A stretch of 64,000 nucleotides of DNA from positions 33,880 to 97,879 of the forward strand of contig DAICYC010000001.1 in NCBI GenBank assembly GCA_027311865.1, read 5' to 3'. Under the pieces are notes generated by a model that was not told the DNA's origin, ran no database searches, and saw only the letters and a list, made by a program, of their open reading frames with translations. The translations under genes and the position numbers were made by a program. Shown here piece after piece: positions 1 through 9,173 of this stretch. Each line of letters opens with the position of its first letter. Within the stretch, counting starts at the first letter, position 1. Origin of the DNA: Candidatus Saccharimonadota bacterium (GTDB lineage: Bacteria > Patescibacteriota > Saccharimonadia > Saccharimonadales > Saccharimonadaceae).

Positions 1-863
1 ATAAATATCCCGATACTTTCAACGACACCTACGTCAATATGGTGCGAGCCGGCGAGGCGGCTGGTATTTTAGATGACATCCTGAAACGTCTGGCTCACCA
101 ACAGGAAAAAAGCGCCGCTATGCGAAAACGCATCAAGAGCGCCATGACTTATCCAATTGTTCTGGTTGTCATTACGGTCTTAGCCTTCTTTGGCCTGATG
201 CTGTTCGTCATTCCGCAAATTGGTAAGATTTTAGTCGACCTCGGTGGGCCGGACGCTCAACTACCCCTCATCACTCGGATTATGCTTGGCATCAGCGACT
301 TTATTACCGGCTACTGGTACATCATTTTACCGGTTATGTTCGGTGCCGTTTATTTGCTCTATCGATTCGTCAGAACTCCCCGCGGCAAACGTATTTTCGA
401 CACTATCCTGCTAAAGCTACCCGGCATCAAAACCGTCACCACTAAAATCGCTGTCGCTCGTTTCGCCCGTACCTTCTCGGCCCTGATGAGCGCCGGTGTC
501 GCTGTATTGGAAGCACTGGTTGTGACTTCACGAGCTGTCGGCAACACCCTTTACGAAGACTCCATCAAGCAAGCCGCTTTCGAAGTCAAAAACGGAAAAC
601 CCCTCTCCGAAGCTATCGAACGCGATCCGCTCTTCCCGGCAATTGTCGCCCAAATGCTGGCCGTCGGTGAAGAGACTGGTCAAACCGACACTGTTCTAGT
701 CAAAGTCGCCGAATTCTACGAGGAGGAAGTCGACCTGGCTATCGAAGGCGTCAGCTCAATCATTGAACCAGTTATGATCGTCATCATGGGTAGTATGGTT
801 GGACTGATTGCCGCCAGTGTCATGACGCCAATCGCCTCTCTGTCACAAAACATTAAGGGCTAA
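1..863 (+). CDS. pilC: Type IV pilus platform protein PilC (GspF/T2SS-F family), 5' end cut by the window edge
   Basis: The ORF is open from the window start. It has polytopic GspF-type repeat sequence (AMTYPIVLVVITVLAFFGLMLFVIP, EPVMIVIMGSMVGLI) and is followed by pilM/N/O. Confidence 0.85.
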   Translation, partial: KYPDTFNDTYVNMVRAGEAAGILDDILKRLAHQQEKSAAMRKRIKSAMTYPIVLVVITVLAFFGLMLFVIPQIGKILVDLGGPDAQLPLITRIMLGISDFITGYWYIILPVMFGAVYLLYRFVRTPRGKRIFDTILLKLPGIKTVTTKIAVARFARTFSALMSAGVAVLEALVVTSRAVGNTLYEDSIKQAAFEVKNGKPLSEAIERDPLFPAIVAQMLAVGEETGQTDTVLVKVAEFYEEEVDLAIEGVSSIIEPVMIVIMGSMVGLIAASVMTPIASLSQNIKG

Positions 864-911
864 CCTCGCATCACATTAATGCTCATGCTATACTGATTCT
901 TAGTATTATTC

Positions 912-1979
912 GTGGGCATCATGACAAAACTATTTCATAAAGACAAGCCACTTTTCGGACTCGACATCACCCATAGTGGAATAAGGGCTATGGCGATAGA
1001 TTCAAAGCGCCTAACCGTCGCCGGTTATGGGTCAATTGACCTCGAACCCGTCCGAGTTAAAGAGGCTTTGGAAGTCGCCGGCAAGTCGTACCTGACAGAC
1101 AATATCAAGCTGTTGATGTCCGAAAAAATCATTGGAACTATCCACTCTAAACAGGTCGCTATTGCTGCACCCACCGCTCGAAGTTTTTCTCGAACTTTTA
1201 TTCTGCCAACTAGCGTCGAAAAACGACTCAAAGAGGCTGTCGAACTCGAAGCCGAACAGTACATTCCAATTCCGATCGACAATCTATACATCGATTATCA
1301 GATTATCGAACGACACAAGAAAGAAATCATGGTTCTTATCAGCGCCATTCCAAAGGTCGTCATCGACAACCTAATCACCAGCGTTCGCAATGCTGGTCTC
1401 GAACCAGTACTAGTCGAGCCCGGCATATCGTCAGTCGGTCGAATTCTGACCGCCACCGAACGTGGTAACTTGCCATCGGTAGTTGTCGACATTGGCCCAG
1501 CTAATACCGACATCGCCATTCTCGACCAGGGAACAGTTCGTGTCACCGGCGGTCTGCCAGTCGGTGGAAATACTTTCACCCTCGATATCGCCAAAAAGCT
1601 TCACGTCTCCCTCGAAAACGCCCATCAGCTCAAGGTTCTAAGTGGACTCAATGCTGGGCCGCGGCAACAGAAATTGACTTCAGCCCTCGAACCGAGCCTC
1701 GAGAGAATACTTTCCGAAGTCAAAAAAGTGATGCGCTACTACAACGAGCGAGTAAATAGCGAAAGAAAGCTTGAACAGTTACTGATCGTCGGCAGTGGTA
1801 GCAATCTCCCTGGAATTGGTGAGTACTTTACTAACGGCCTATTCATTGCCGCTCGTGTTGCTAGCCCTTGGCAAAAACTAGATTTTGCTCATATTCAGGA
1901 GCCGCCGAAACAGTTCAAGCCTCGGTATATTACAGTCGCCGGTGTAGCCAGCATTAACCCGGGAGCAATCTGGAAATGA
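912..1979 (+). CDS. pilM: Type IV pilus assembly protein PilM (actin-like ATPase fold)
   Basis: 355 aa. The N-terminus LFGLDITHSGIRAMAI is typical of PilM. Its stop overlaps the pilN start. An alternative ATG lies at 921. Confidence 0.8.
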   Translation: MGIMTKLFHKDKPLFGLDITHSGIRAMAIDSKRLTVAGYGSIDLEPVRVKEALEVAGKSYLTDNIKLLMSEKIIGTIHSKQVAIAAPTARSFSRTFILPTSVEKRLKEAVELEAEQYIPIPIDNLYIDYQIIERHKKEIMVLISAIPKVVIDNLITSVRNAGLEPVLVEPGISSVGRILTATERGNLPSVVVDIGPANTDIAILDQGTVRVTGGLPVGGNTFTLDIAKKLHVSLENAHQLKVLSGLNAGPRQQKLTSALEPSLERILSEVKKVMRYYNERVNSERKLEQLLIVGSGSNLPGIGEYFTNGLFIAARVASPWQKLDFAHIQEPPKQFKPRYITVAGVASINPGAIWK

Positions 1980-2533
1980 TAAATCTATTGCCGACCGAGT
2001 ACAAGCACCAGCTTCGCGCCGCGCGGGCTAACACCTTTCTTGTCAGATATATCTTCGTACTGCTCCTAGCGGCGGCCTTTGTAGTAGTAGTTATCGCTGG
2101 AGCCTACTGGCTGTTGACTCAAACAAAAACTAGCGCCGAAAGTCTAATTGAAGTGAACAGCGACAAGGCGGCCGTCTATCAAGCGACCGAACAAGAGATC
2201 ACCAACCTTTCATCCAATCTCGTGTCCTCCAAGCAAATTCTCGATCGGCAGAACTCATACGCCAAAACACTACGAGCGATCGGGGCAACCATGCCAACTG
2301 GGGCTATTGTCGAGCGAATTGAACTCAAAGACAGCTCATTCAACGCCGGAAGTTTGACTTTAAAGATCTTCGCTCGTAATAATCAAATCGCCACTAGCGT
2401 GCGCGAGGCTTTTGCCAACTCGGCTCAATTTACCGGTGTCAATATCGATTCGATCAGCGAAACCGGTGGCGTTGACGGCTACCCGTCCTCAGCTACATTA
2501 ACCTTATCGCTTAACCGGAGTATCGGACGATGA
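1976..2533 (+). CDS. pilN: PilN-like fimbrial assembly protein
   Basis: The N-terminus MINLLPTEYK followed by a basic stretch and one TM helix is the PilN signature. It is translationally coupled on both sides (4-nt overlaps). Confidence 0.7.
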   Translation: MINLLPTEYKHQLRAARANTFLVRYIFVLLLAAAFVVVVIAGAYWLLTQTKTSAESLIEVNSDKAAVYQATEQEITNLSSNLVSSKQILDRQNSYAKTLRAIGATMPTGAIVERIELKDSSFNAGSLTLKIFARNNQIATSVREAFANSAQFTGVNIDSISETGGVDGYPSSATLTLSLNRSIGR

Positions 2534-3078
2534 AAAAGAACACTGGCTTTCAAGCTTCATCGATGCGCAAAATTCTCGTTAGCATCTTCTTTGTAGTGCT
2601 ACTCGCCTTAATTGGTGCATACTACCTAGGACTTCGCGCGGTGAAAGATTATGCTGTCGAAGTCACTCAGACTACCAAGGACGTCACCGCCAGTAGTAGC
2701 AAGGTTGAAAATCTCAAAGATCTTGAGCTCAAGCTCAACCAAACGAAGGCCAGCGTCGACAAGGCCGACCGTATGTTTGCTCCTGCCAACGGTTACCAGA
2801 CTCAAGTCGTCAACGACCTCCGGCGTTACGCCACCGCAGCTGGTATTGGCCTCCAGACGACCGATTTCGCCAACCAAGCCGGTGAGACTGAAACCCGTAG
2901 CTTCTCAATTTCGTTAGCCAATCCAGTCGACTACAGTCAACTATTGCGATTTATTGAACTAGTTGAGACGAGTCTACCAAAAATGGAAATTAGTGAATTA
3001 ACCATCGCCCGCTCGGCCAACTCAAATGCCAGTCAAGTGAATGTCGAAAAACTAACGTTAAAGGTATACGTGAAGTAA
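2530..3078 (+). CDS. PilO-like pilus assembly protein (TM helix plus coiled coil)
   Basis: Position after pilN; single N-terminal TM, a coiled-coil segment and a C-terminal globular part. Confidence 0.5.
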   Translation: MKKNTGFQASSMRKILVSIFFVVLLALIGAYYLGLRAVKDYAVEVTQTTKDVTASSSKVENLKDLELKLNQTKASVDKADRMFAPANGYQTQVVNDLRRYATAAGIGLQTTDFANQAGETETRSFSISLANPVDYSQLLRFIELVETSLPKMEISELTIARSANSNASQVNVEKLTLKVYVK

Positions 3079-3079
3079 T

Positions 3080-3367
3080 ATGGCCACCATCAATAGTACC
3101 CGAATCAGATCAAGCTTTCGAACAATAATTCGTCGTTATCACCTAACTATCTTCGTGCTGGTTGTACTTATATTACTGACCGTCGCGGTCCTGATGCTTA
3201 GTAATATACTGAATGACGCTACTTTGGCTGACGACTACACCTCACCAATTCAGGCCGGCTCAATCGATGAGACGACCCTTCAGCGAATCGACGCGCTACA
3301 CACCAGCGATGGGCCGTATCCGGCCCCGACTAGCACTGCCACCAGAAGTAACCCATTCGGAGAGTAG
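3080..3367 (+). CDS. Small single-pass membrane protein in the pil operon, function unknown
   Basis: 95 aa with one TM (LTIFVLVVLILLTVAVLML). Tightly packed between the pilO-like gene and the next gene. Confidence 0.4.
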   Translation: MATINSTRIRSSFRTIIRRYHLTIFVLVVLILLTVAVLMLSNILNDATLADDYTSPIQAGSIDETTLQRIDALHTSDGPYPAPTSTATRSNPFGE

Positions 3368-3966
3368 TGAGCTATACTAGTATTATGCTTGTGCATGGAT
3401 CTAAATTCATCCAAACACCCGTCTTGAGCCTACAGACTGGCACCAAAATTGCCGATATCGCTCGAGCGATTATTGATCCCCGCAACTTAACGATTGCCGC
3501 CTATGAAGTTGCCGGGCCGACTCTAACTCAAGCGCCCGCCTACTTGCGTCTCCAAGAAATTCGTGAGATTTCGCCGATTGGCATGATTGTCGATAGTGCC
3601 GACGAACTAGTTGGAACTGATGATGTCATTAATTTACAGAAAATAATCGATATCAATTTTAATCTGATCGGCCTCCCAGTTTTTGACGAGACCAAACGTC
3701 GACTCGGGAAGGTAATCGATTACACCATCGAAACTGATGGCTTTGTTATTCAACAGATTAGCTTGAGTCGAGGTTTTCTCCAGTCGCTGAGCGATAGCGG
3801 CCTATTGATTCATCGTTCACAAATATTAGAAGTTACCGACACCGAAATTATCGTCAAGACAACCGCCAAAAAGGCCGCCGCTCAACCAGTTCGCGAATCT
3901 CAAGTCCGCAACTACGCCAACCCTTTTCGTAGTCCATCACCTCAGCCAGAATCGATTGATGCTTAA
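3367..3966 (+). CDS. PRC-barrel-like domain protein (tentative), last gene of the pil operon
   Basis: GTG start overlaps the preceding stop by 1 nt. Two similar beta-rich halves (VLSLQTGTKIADI..., PVFDETKRRLGKVIDYTIE) resemble PRC-barrel repeats. Confidence 0.4.
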   Translation: MSYTSIMLVHGSKFIQTPVLSLQTGTKIADIARAIIDPRNLTIAAYEVAGPTLTQAPAYLRLQEIREISPIGMIVDSADELVGTDDVINLQKIIDINFNLIGLPVFDETKRRLGKVIDYTIETDGFVIQQISLSRGFLQSLSDSGLLIHRSQILEVTDTEIIVKTTAKKAAAQPVRESQVRNYANPFRSPSPQPESIDA

Positions 3967-4613
3967 CTTGTCAGATCGGTGTCAGAACGAAGTGCTTCTT
4001 TAATTACGTCGTAAGAAAACCCTTGGCGTGCCAAGTAAGCAATCAACTTGTCTTCACTGTCGTAGCGTCGAGATTTTCGAGCGATAATCTTGGTGATTTC
4101 GTCAACATCCGATCGATCGGTTTGTTGAAGTTTTTCACTAATCAAAGATGTCGAGACCCCTTTGGCCATCAGTTCCGAACGCAACAATCGTTGACTGGCG
4201 CCTTTCTTGAGACGACGGTTTTCGAGCCAGTAGTCGACAAACTTGCTGTCATCTACGTATCGTCGTTCGATTAGTTTGTCGAAAACTCTGTCGACGAGCT
4301 CCTGACTAACGCCGGGGACTAATTCACCTGTCTTGCCACGTCTCGGCATTGTTTTACGTCGTAAGTATTGCCTGACCTCAAACTGACTCCGCGGACGCGC
4401 AAAACAGTATTCCATCGCTCGGGCATATAATTTTCCGAACTGACTCTCATTCTGGAGTAGATCCAGTTCGGTGGCGCTGATTTCTTGACCAGTTTTCAAT
4501 CTCAGTTCAGCTAATTGATTCAACGACAAACTGAATTTATACGATCCGTCGACGCGAATGTTAACTCGATTCTTGTCGCGAGCCTGAACCGAGATTGAGC
4601 TGATTTTCATCAA
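3963..4613 (-). CDS. recX: RecX regulatory protein
   Basis: Lies immediately downstream of recA (3-nt gap). 216 aa, helical-repeat protein with RecX-like basic repeats. Confidence 0.75.
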   Translation of the reverse strand: MMKISSISVQARDKNRVNIRVDGSYKFSLSLNQLAELRLKTGQEISATELDLLQNESQFGKLYARAMEYCFARPRSQFEVRQYLRRKTMPRRGKTGELVPGVSQELVDRVFDKLIERRYVDDSKFVDYWLENRRLKKGASQRLLRSELMAKGVSTSLISEKLQQTDRSDVDEITKIIARKSRRYDSEDKLIAYLARQGFSYDVIKEALRSDTDLTS

Positions 4614-4616
4614 GAG

Positions 4617-5690
4617 CTATTTCTTGGTTTCGTCGGCGGTCTCTTTGACTGGCGGCTGATCGACGACGGCTACCTTTGATCGAACTTTTTTGTCGATTTC
4701 GGCTAAGATTTCTGGGTGATCGGCCAGGTATTGCTTGCTAGCTTCACGGCCTTGGCCGATTTTAGCATCATTATAGTCAAACCAGGCTCCGCTCTTGCCA
4801 ACAACTCCGTGCTGGACAGCCAAATCAAGCACGTCACCAGTCTTTGAGATACCCTCGTTGTACATGATATCGAATTCAGCAGTCCGGAAAGGCGGAGCGA
4901 TTTTGTTCTTCACGACCTTAACTTTAGTTCGGTTGCCGATGATTTCCTCACCTGATTTAATCTGACCAGTACGGCGAATATCGAGTCGCACCGAAGCGTA
5001 GAACTTCAAAGCATTTCCACCGGTGGTAGTCTCTGGATTACCGAACATAACACCGATCTTCATACGGATTTGGTTAATAAAGACAACAATCGTATGACTC
5101 TTGTTGATAATACCAGTCAATTTTCGAAGCGCTTGGCTCATCAGACGCGCTTGTAGTCCCATGTGGCTATCGCCCATCTCGCCTTCGATCTCAGCTTGAG
5201 GCACAAGGGCCGCGACCGAGTCCACCACCACCATATCGACAGCGTTCGAGCGAACCAGTGTTTCAACAATCTCGAGTGCCTGTTCACCGTTGTCGGGCTG
5301 AGCAACCAACAGGTTGTCGGTATCAACGCCCAGCTTGCGGGCATACGCCGGATCAAGAGCGTGCTCTGCGTCAACAAAGGCAGCTGTACCACCTTGTTTT
5401 TGCATTTCGGCGATAGCGTGAAGTGTCAGTGTGGTCTTTCCCGATGATTCTGGACCGTAGATCTCTACAATACGACCCTTTGGATAACCGCCACCGAGAG
5501 CTAAGTCGAGACTCAATGCTCCACTACTAATCAATTCGACGTCGACAGTCTTAGTGTCACCGAGGCGTCGAATCGCACCATCGCCAAACTGTTTATTGAT
5601 TTGCTCTTGAGCTAAACCAAGAGCCTTGAGCTTACCCTCGTTGGCCACAGGCGCTGCCGCGACGGACTTTTCTGATTTCTTTGCTGCCAT
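4617..5690 (-). CDS. recA: Recombinase RecA
   Basis: Walker [11 protein letters not shown], plus [14 protein letters not shown] and other invariant RecA blocks. Confidence 0.97.
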   Translation of the reverse strand: MAAKKSEKSVAAAPVANEGKLKALGLAQEQINKQFGDGAIRRLGDTKTVDVELISSGALSLDLALGGGYPKGRIVEIYGPESSGKTTLTLHAIAEMQKQGGTAAFVDAEHALDPAYARKLGVDTDNLLVAQPDNGEQALEIVETLVRSNAVDMVVVDSVAALVPQAEIEGEMGDSHMGLQARLMSQALRKLTGIINKSHTIVVFINQIRMKIGVMFGNPETTTGGNALKFYASVRLDIRRTGQIKSGEEIIGNRTKVKVVKNKIAPPFRTAEFDIMYNEGISKTGDVLDLAVQHGVVGKSGAWFDYNDAKIGQGREASKQYLADHPEILAEIDKKVRSKVAVVDQPPVKETADETKK

Positions 5691-5815
5691 TACACTCCCT
5701 CTCTTTAATCACTTCTTATTATACGTTGAGGATTATTAATTTGCCATAAACTTGACCGGCTTTCGAATAAACTGTCGACCAAAATTCGACTGTCGCACCG
5801 TGTTATAATCGACTT

Positions 5816-6211
5816 ATGAAACATACATCGCACGGCTTTACTGTAATTGAACTAGTAGTTGTCATCGCCTTTCTAGCAATCGCCAGTGTTATATTCTTTG
5901 CTCAAAAAAATAACCTGGAAATCGGCCAACGTGACGAAACCAGAAAAACGGCCATCAACGCCATGTATTACAGTCTCGAAGAAGTTTATTTCGCTCAGAA
6001 TAAACATTACCCTCGTACACTGAATGAAGATGCTCTACCCTCTGTTGATCCAGCCTTATTCAAAGACACCAATGGCGTAATGATTGGTGACAGTGCCAGC
6101 GAGTATCGTTATGAACCGGTGGATTGCGACGGCGATAAATGTCTCGGCTATACACTTCGAGCCGACCTGGAAAACGAAGCCGACTTTATCAAGCAAAATC
6201 GACGCGATTAA
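5816..6211 (+). CDS. Type IV pilin / pseudopilin with prepilin N-terminal methylation motif
   Basis: N-terminus MKHTSHG/FTVIELVVVIAFLAI (the G-F-T-x-I-E cleavage/methylation motif). Confidence 0.8.
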   Translation: MKHTSHGFTVIELVVVIAFLAIASVIFFAQKNNLEIGQRDETRKTAINAMYYSLEEVYFAQNKHYPRTLNEDALPSVDPALFKDTNGVMIGDSASEYRYEPVDCDGDKCLGYTLRADLENEADFIKQNRRD

Positions 6212-7020
6212 TCGTCATTGACTGGTCGACCCAGCTTAAAAGATTCGACCGCATTGTTTAATATCGCAATATGCTCTTTTGGATTGGCGACGAAACTGAA
6301 TCGGTAAGTCGTTTCGTCCCCTTCAGTACTGAGGCGAATTGATCCGTAGTTAAACAGATGCTGGACAATATTTTCTTGTAGAAAACTGGCGTCCTCGATA
6401 TTGCCCAGACTGACCGTTTGCTCATGACGAGAGAACAGACTAGTTTGAATTTCCTGGATGACACTCTCGTTGGTTAGGAAGAAGCGGTTGTTAGTATAGA
6501 CATACCAAGCGGCAAACATTCCCGCAGCAACCAGCAGGCTCAACAATAGAATCGGAATCGACATTACAACTGGGCTGGCAATCGCACCAGTCAAGCCGAT
6601 ACTTTCCGCTAGTAAGTCATAAGTAATTAAAATTGATATCAACAAGGCGATAATTAATGTGCCAGCTCCCAGAGGGATAATTAGCCCAATCGGATGTCGT
6701 TTAACGGCACTTATTACATATTCACCATCAGTCAAGTTAAGATCAGGAAATTCCTTGACCGACTCATCGTGCCGAGCTTTGACTTCGGCGCTCATTTCTT
6801 GCCTAATTGGCTCAAGCGGTCTAACAGCATGAACAATTTGAGGCGCGAATGCTGGCTGAACCTGAGGCTGTACTGGCTGTTGAGTCTCAATCGGCGGATG
6901 AGCATATAGTGGTCTACCTTCCGGGTCATAAGCGACTGGTCGTGGTGGAACGGGCTGCTGCTGAAACTGGGGCTGATCCTGAGGCGATGTACCCTGATGT
7001 GAAACCGGTTGGTTGGTCAT
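6208..7020 (-). CDS. Membrane protein with a Pro/Gln-rich N-terminus and a bacterial PH (YdbS/YdbT-like) domain
   Basis: Low-complexity PQ-rich N-terminus, two TM helices and a C-terminal region resembling the bPH_2 family. Confidence 0.5.
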   Translation of the reverse strand: MTNQPVSHQGTSPQDQPQFQQQPVPPRPVAYDPEGRPLYAHPPIETQQPVQPQVQPAFAPQIVHAVRPLEPIRQEMSAEVKARHDESVKEFPDLNLTDGEYVISAVKRHPIGLIIPLGAGTLIIALLISILITYDLLAESIGLTGAIASPVVMSIPILLLSLLVAAGMFAAWYVYTNNRFFLTNESVIQEIQTSLFSRHEQTVSLGNIEDASFLQENIVQHLFNYGSIRLSTEGDETTYRFSFVANPKEHIAILNNAVESFKLGRPVNDD

Positions 7021-7033
7021 ACTATTATTATAC

Positions 7034-8038
7034 CTAATTTTCAGACGATAGGTGTCGACGAGCCTTGATTGTTATTCGACGACCGCGCGGAGTTCGTTCT
7101 ATAAAGCCAATCTGCATCAGGTACGGCTCATAGAAATCTTCAATTGTCGTAGCTTCATCTCCTGTCAAGGCGGCCAAAGTTGTTAGACCGACTGGATTAT
7201 CGCCGTAGTGTTCGACCATTCGTCGCAACAGATTACGATCACCAGCATCCAATCCGATCTCATCAATTTCGAGCATTGACAAAGCCGACTGAGCCGTTGG
7301 GACGTCAATGATTCCGTCACCGTTCACATCGGCGTAATCGCGAACGCGCTTGAGTAAGCGGTTGGCGATTCGCGGCGTCAAACGAGCTCGCGTCGACAGC
7401 ATCGAAGCTGCTTCTGGGTGAATTTGACTACCTAGTATATCGGCGGCCCGATGAATAATTTGTCCGATTTCGGCCGGCTGGTAAAATTCGAGTCGGTAAA
7501 TATGACCGAATCGATCACGTAGCGGTGCTGCCAAAGCTCCGGTACGAGTCGTCGCGCCAATAACTGTAAACTTTGGTAAATCTAGTCGGACACTACGGGC
7601 GGCCGGACCCTTGCCTATCACAATGTCCAACTTGTAGTCCTCCATGGCCGAATACAACACCTCTTCGACCGATCGGCTCAAACGGTGTATCTCATCGATA
7701 AACAAAATATCACCATCCTGTAAATTGGTCAGAATGCTGGCCAGATCGCCGGCTTTCTCAATAGCTGGACCAGCGGTGATGCGGATGTTAGCATTCATTT
7801 CGTTGGCGATGACAATAGCCATAGTTGTTTTGCCGAGACCAGGTGGACCATAGAGCAAAATGTGGTCGAGCACCTCATTACGCTTCTTGGCGGCATCAAT
7901 CGCTAATTTCAAATTAGTCTTTAAACGATCTTGGCCAACGTATTCTTGAAAAGTTTTTGGCCGCAGCGTGACTTCAATTAACTGTTCTTGAGTGTCGTCT
8001 TCGTCAGCCGATGTATCAACTAGTCGTTCGATGGCCAT
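7034..8038 (-). CDS. ruvB: Holliday junction helicase RuvB
   Basis: [12 protein letters not shown], Walker [10 protein letters not shown], Walker B FIDEIHRL. Confidence 0.95.
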   Translation of the reverse strand: MAIERLVDTSADEDDTQEQLIEVTLRPKTFQEYVGQDRLKTNLKLAIDAAKKRNEVLDHILLYGPPGLGKTTMAIVIANEMNANIRITAGPAIEKAGDLASILTNLQDGDILFIDEIHRLSRSVEEVLYSAMEDYKLDIVIGKGPAARSVRLDLPKFTVIGATTRTGALAAPLRDRFGHIYRLEFYQPAEIGQIIHRAADILGSQIHPEAASMLSTRARLTPRIANRLLKRVRDYADVNGDGIIDVPTAQSALSMLEIDEIGLDAGDRNLLRRMVEHYGDNPVGLTTLAALTGDEATTIEDFYEPYLMQIGFIERTPRGRRITIKARRHLSSEN

Positions 8039-8619
8039 TAGCTCCGACCTCCCCGCAAGGCTTCGCGAACGCGCTCAGCAGTCGGCAATTCCGCTGAGAC
8101 CGATGCGAGAGCGCTCATCGCGTCGCTGAGATTGTAACCTAAGGCCATCAATGCCTCGACGGCCTCATCTTTCGTATCGATTGTCGGTTCGTTCGATTGA
8201 ACCGTCGGTACGCGTGTGGCAAGGCCGACCTTGTCAGATAGATCAACACCGACACGATCGGCTGTCTTCTTGCCAACTCCGCTAGCCTTGGCAATAAAAA
8301 CACTATCACTTAGAGCAATTGCATTGCGAACCGTCTCGGCATCACCGAGACTCAAAATAGCCAAAGCTGCTTTTGGACCAACTCCTTGAACGCTAATTAA
8401 CATTTCGAATAATTTCTTGGCCGTCAGTGACGAAAAGCCGAACAGCTCTTGCGACTGTTCACGAATATGATGATAAGTAAAAAACTTAACTTTTTCGTCC
8501 AGCATCGACGAGTCGTAATCGTTGGCAGCTACTTGAATTTCATAACCAATGCCATGAACATCGACGATAATCGATTGACCAAACTTTTCAGCTACAACCC
8601 CAGAGACGTGCGCGATCAT
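8038..8619 (-). CDS. ruvA: Holliday junction DNA-binding protein RuvA
   Basis: MIAHVSGVV...[10 protein letters not shown] is the canonical RuvA N-terminus. I chose the ATG at 8619 because the longer ORF (to 8679) would overlap ruvC. Confidence 0.85.
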   Translation of the reverse strand: MIAHVSGVVAEKFGQSIIVDVHGIGYEIQVAANDYDSSMLDEKVKFFTYHHIREQSQELFGFSSLTAKKLFEMLISVQGVGPKAALAILSLGDAETVRNAIALSDSVFIAKASGVGKKTADRVGVDLSDKVGLATRVPTVQSNEPTIDTKDEAVEALMALGYNLSDAMSALASVSAELPTAERVREALRGGRS

Positions 8620-8647
8620 ATCATCTATTATGACACAGCTTTGACAT

Positions 8648-9154
8648 CTAGTCAGGATGTTTGGACGATCGGTCATCAACTCGAGACATCAAGTAGTGCG
8701 TAATCGCTGCCGCCAAGGCATCAGCACAGTCATCAGGCTTGGGTACCGATTTCAAACCAAGCTGAAGTCTAACCATTTCTTGAACCTGCGTTTTGTCAGC
8801 CTTACCATAACCAGTTAACGTTTGTTTTATCTGCATCGGATTGTATTCGTATATCGGTAGCTTTGCCTGGCGAGCCGCCAAGAGAGCCACCCCACGAGCT
8901 TCAGCAACCGACATCGCCGTAGTTATATTACGACTAAAAAAGAGTTTCTCTACTGATACGACATCCGGCTTTGAGTCGCGAATGATGGTTGTCAGGCTGT
9001 CGTAAATATCCTCCAACCTCTCGGCATGATTAGTATAGGCTGGTGTTGTCACCACACCAGCATCAATCAGTCGATAGCTCGAATTGTCGACATCGACTAC
9101 ACCAAATCCGAGAATGCCCGTTCCGGGATCAATACCTAGTATTCTCATTCTCAC
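8648..9154 (-). CDS. ruvC: Holliday junction resolvase RuvC
   Basis: MRILGIDPGTGILGFGVV N-terminus, with acidic catalytic residues conserved. Confidence 0.9.
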   Translation of the reverse strand: MRMRILGIDPGTGILGFGVVDVDNSSYRLIDAGVVTTPAYTNHAERLEDIYDSLTTIIRDSKPDVVSVEKLFFSRNITTAMSVAEARGVALLAARQAKLPIYEYNPMQIKQTLTGYGKADKTQVQEMVRLQLGLKSVPKPDDCADALAAAITHYLMSRVDDRSSKHPD

Positions 9155-9173
9155 TAGTATACACTCCCACCGA

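Noticed and set aside
5141-5447. ORFs of 83-94 aa on both strands inside recA (5141..5392 minus, 5163..5447 plus). Similar nested ORFs occur inside pilC, pilM, ruvB, the PBP and other genes.
   Set aside because: They lie entirely within strongly supported genes, have no SD or promoter, and their translations are low-complexity or Arg/Ser/Pro-rich, as expected from off-frame reading.
5691-5815. A LexA/SOS box upstream of recA, comparable to the palindrome at 13041.
   Set aside because: Only a weak GTCGA-N7-TCGAC repeat is present. Nothing matches AGAAACGTTTCT or GAAC-N4-GTTC, so no SOS-box call was made for recA.
8620-8679. A 20-codon N-terminal extension of ruvA (MMTDRPNILTRCQSCVIIDD).
   Set aside because: It would overlap ruvC by 32 nt. 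The canonical RuvA N-terminus MIAHVSG begins at 8619.
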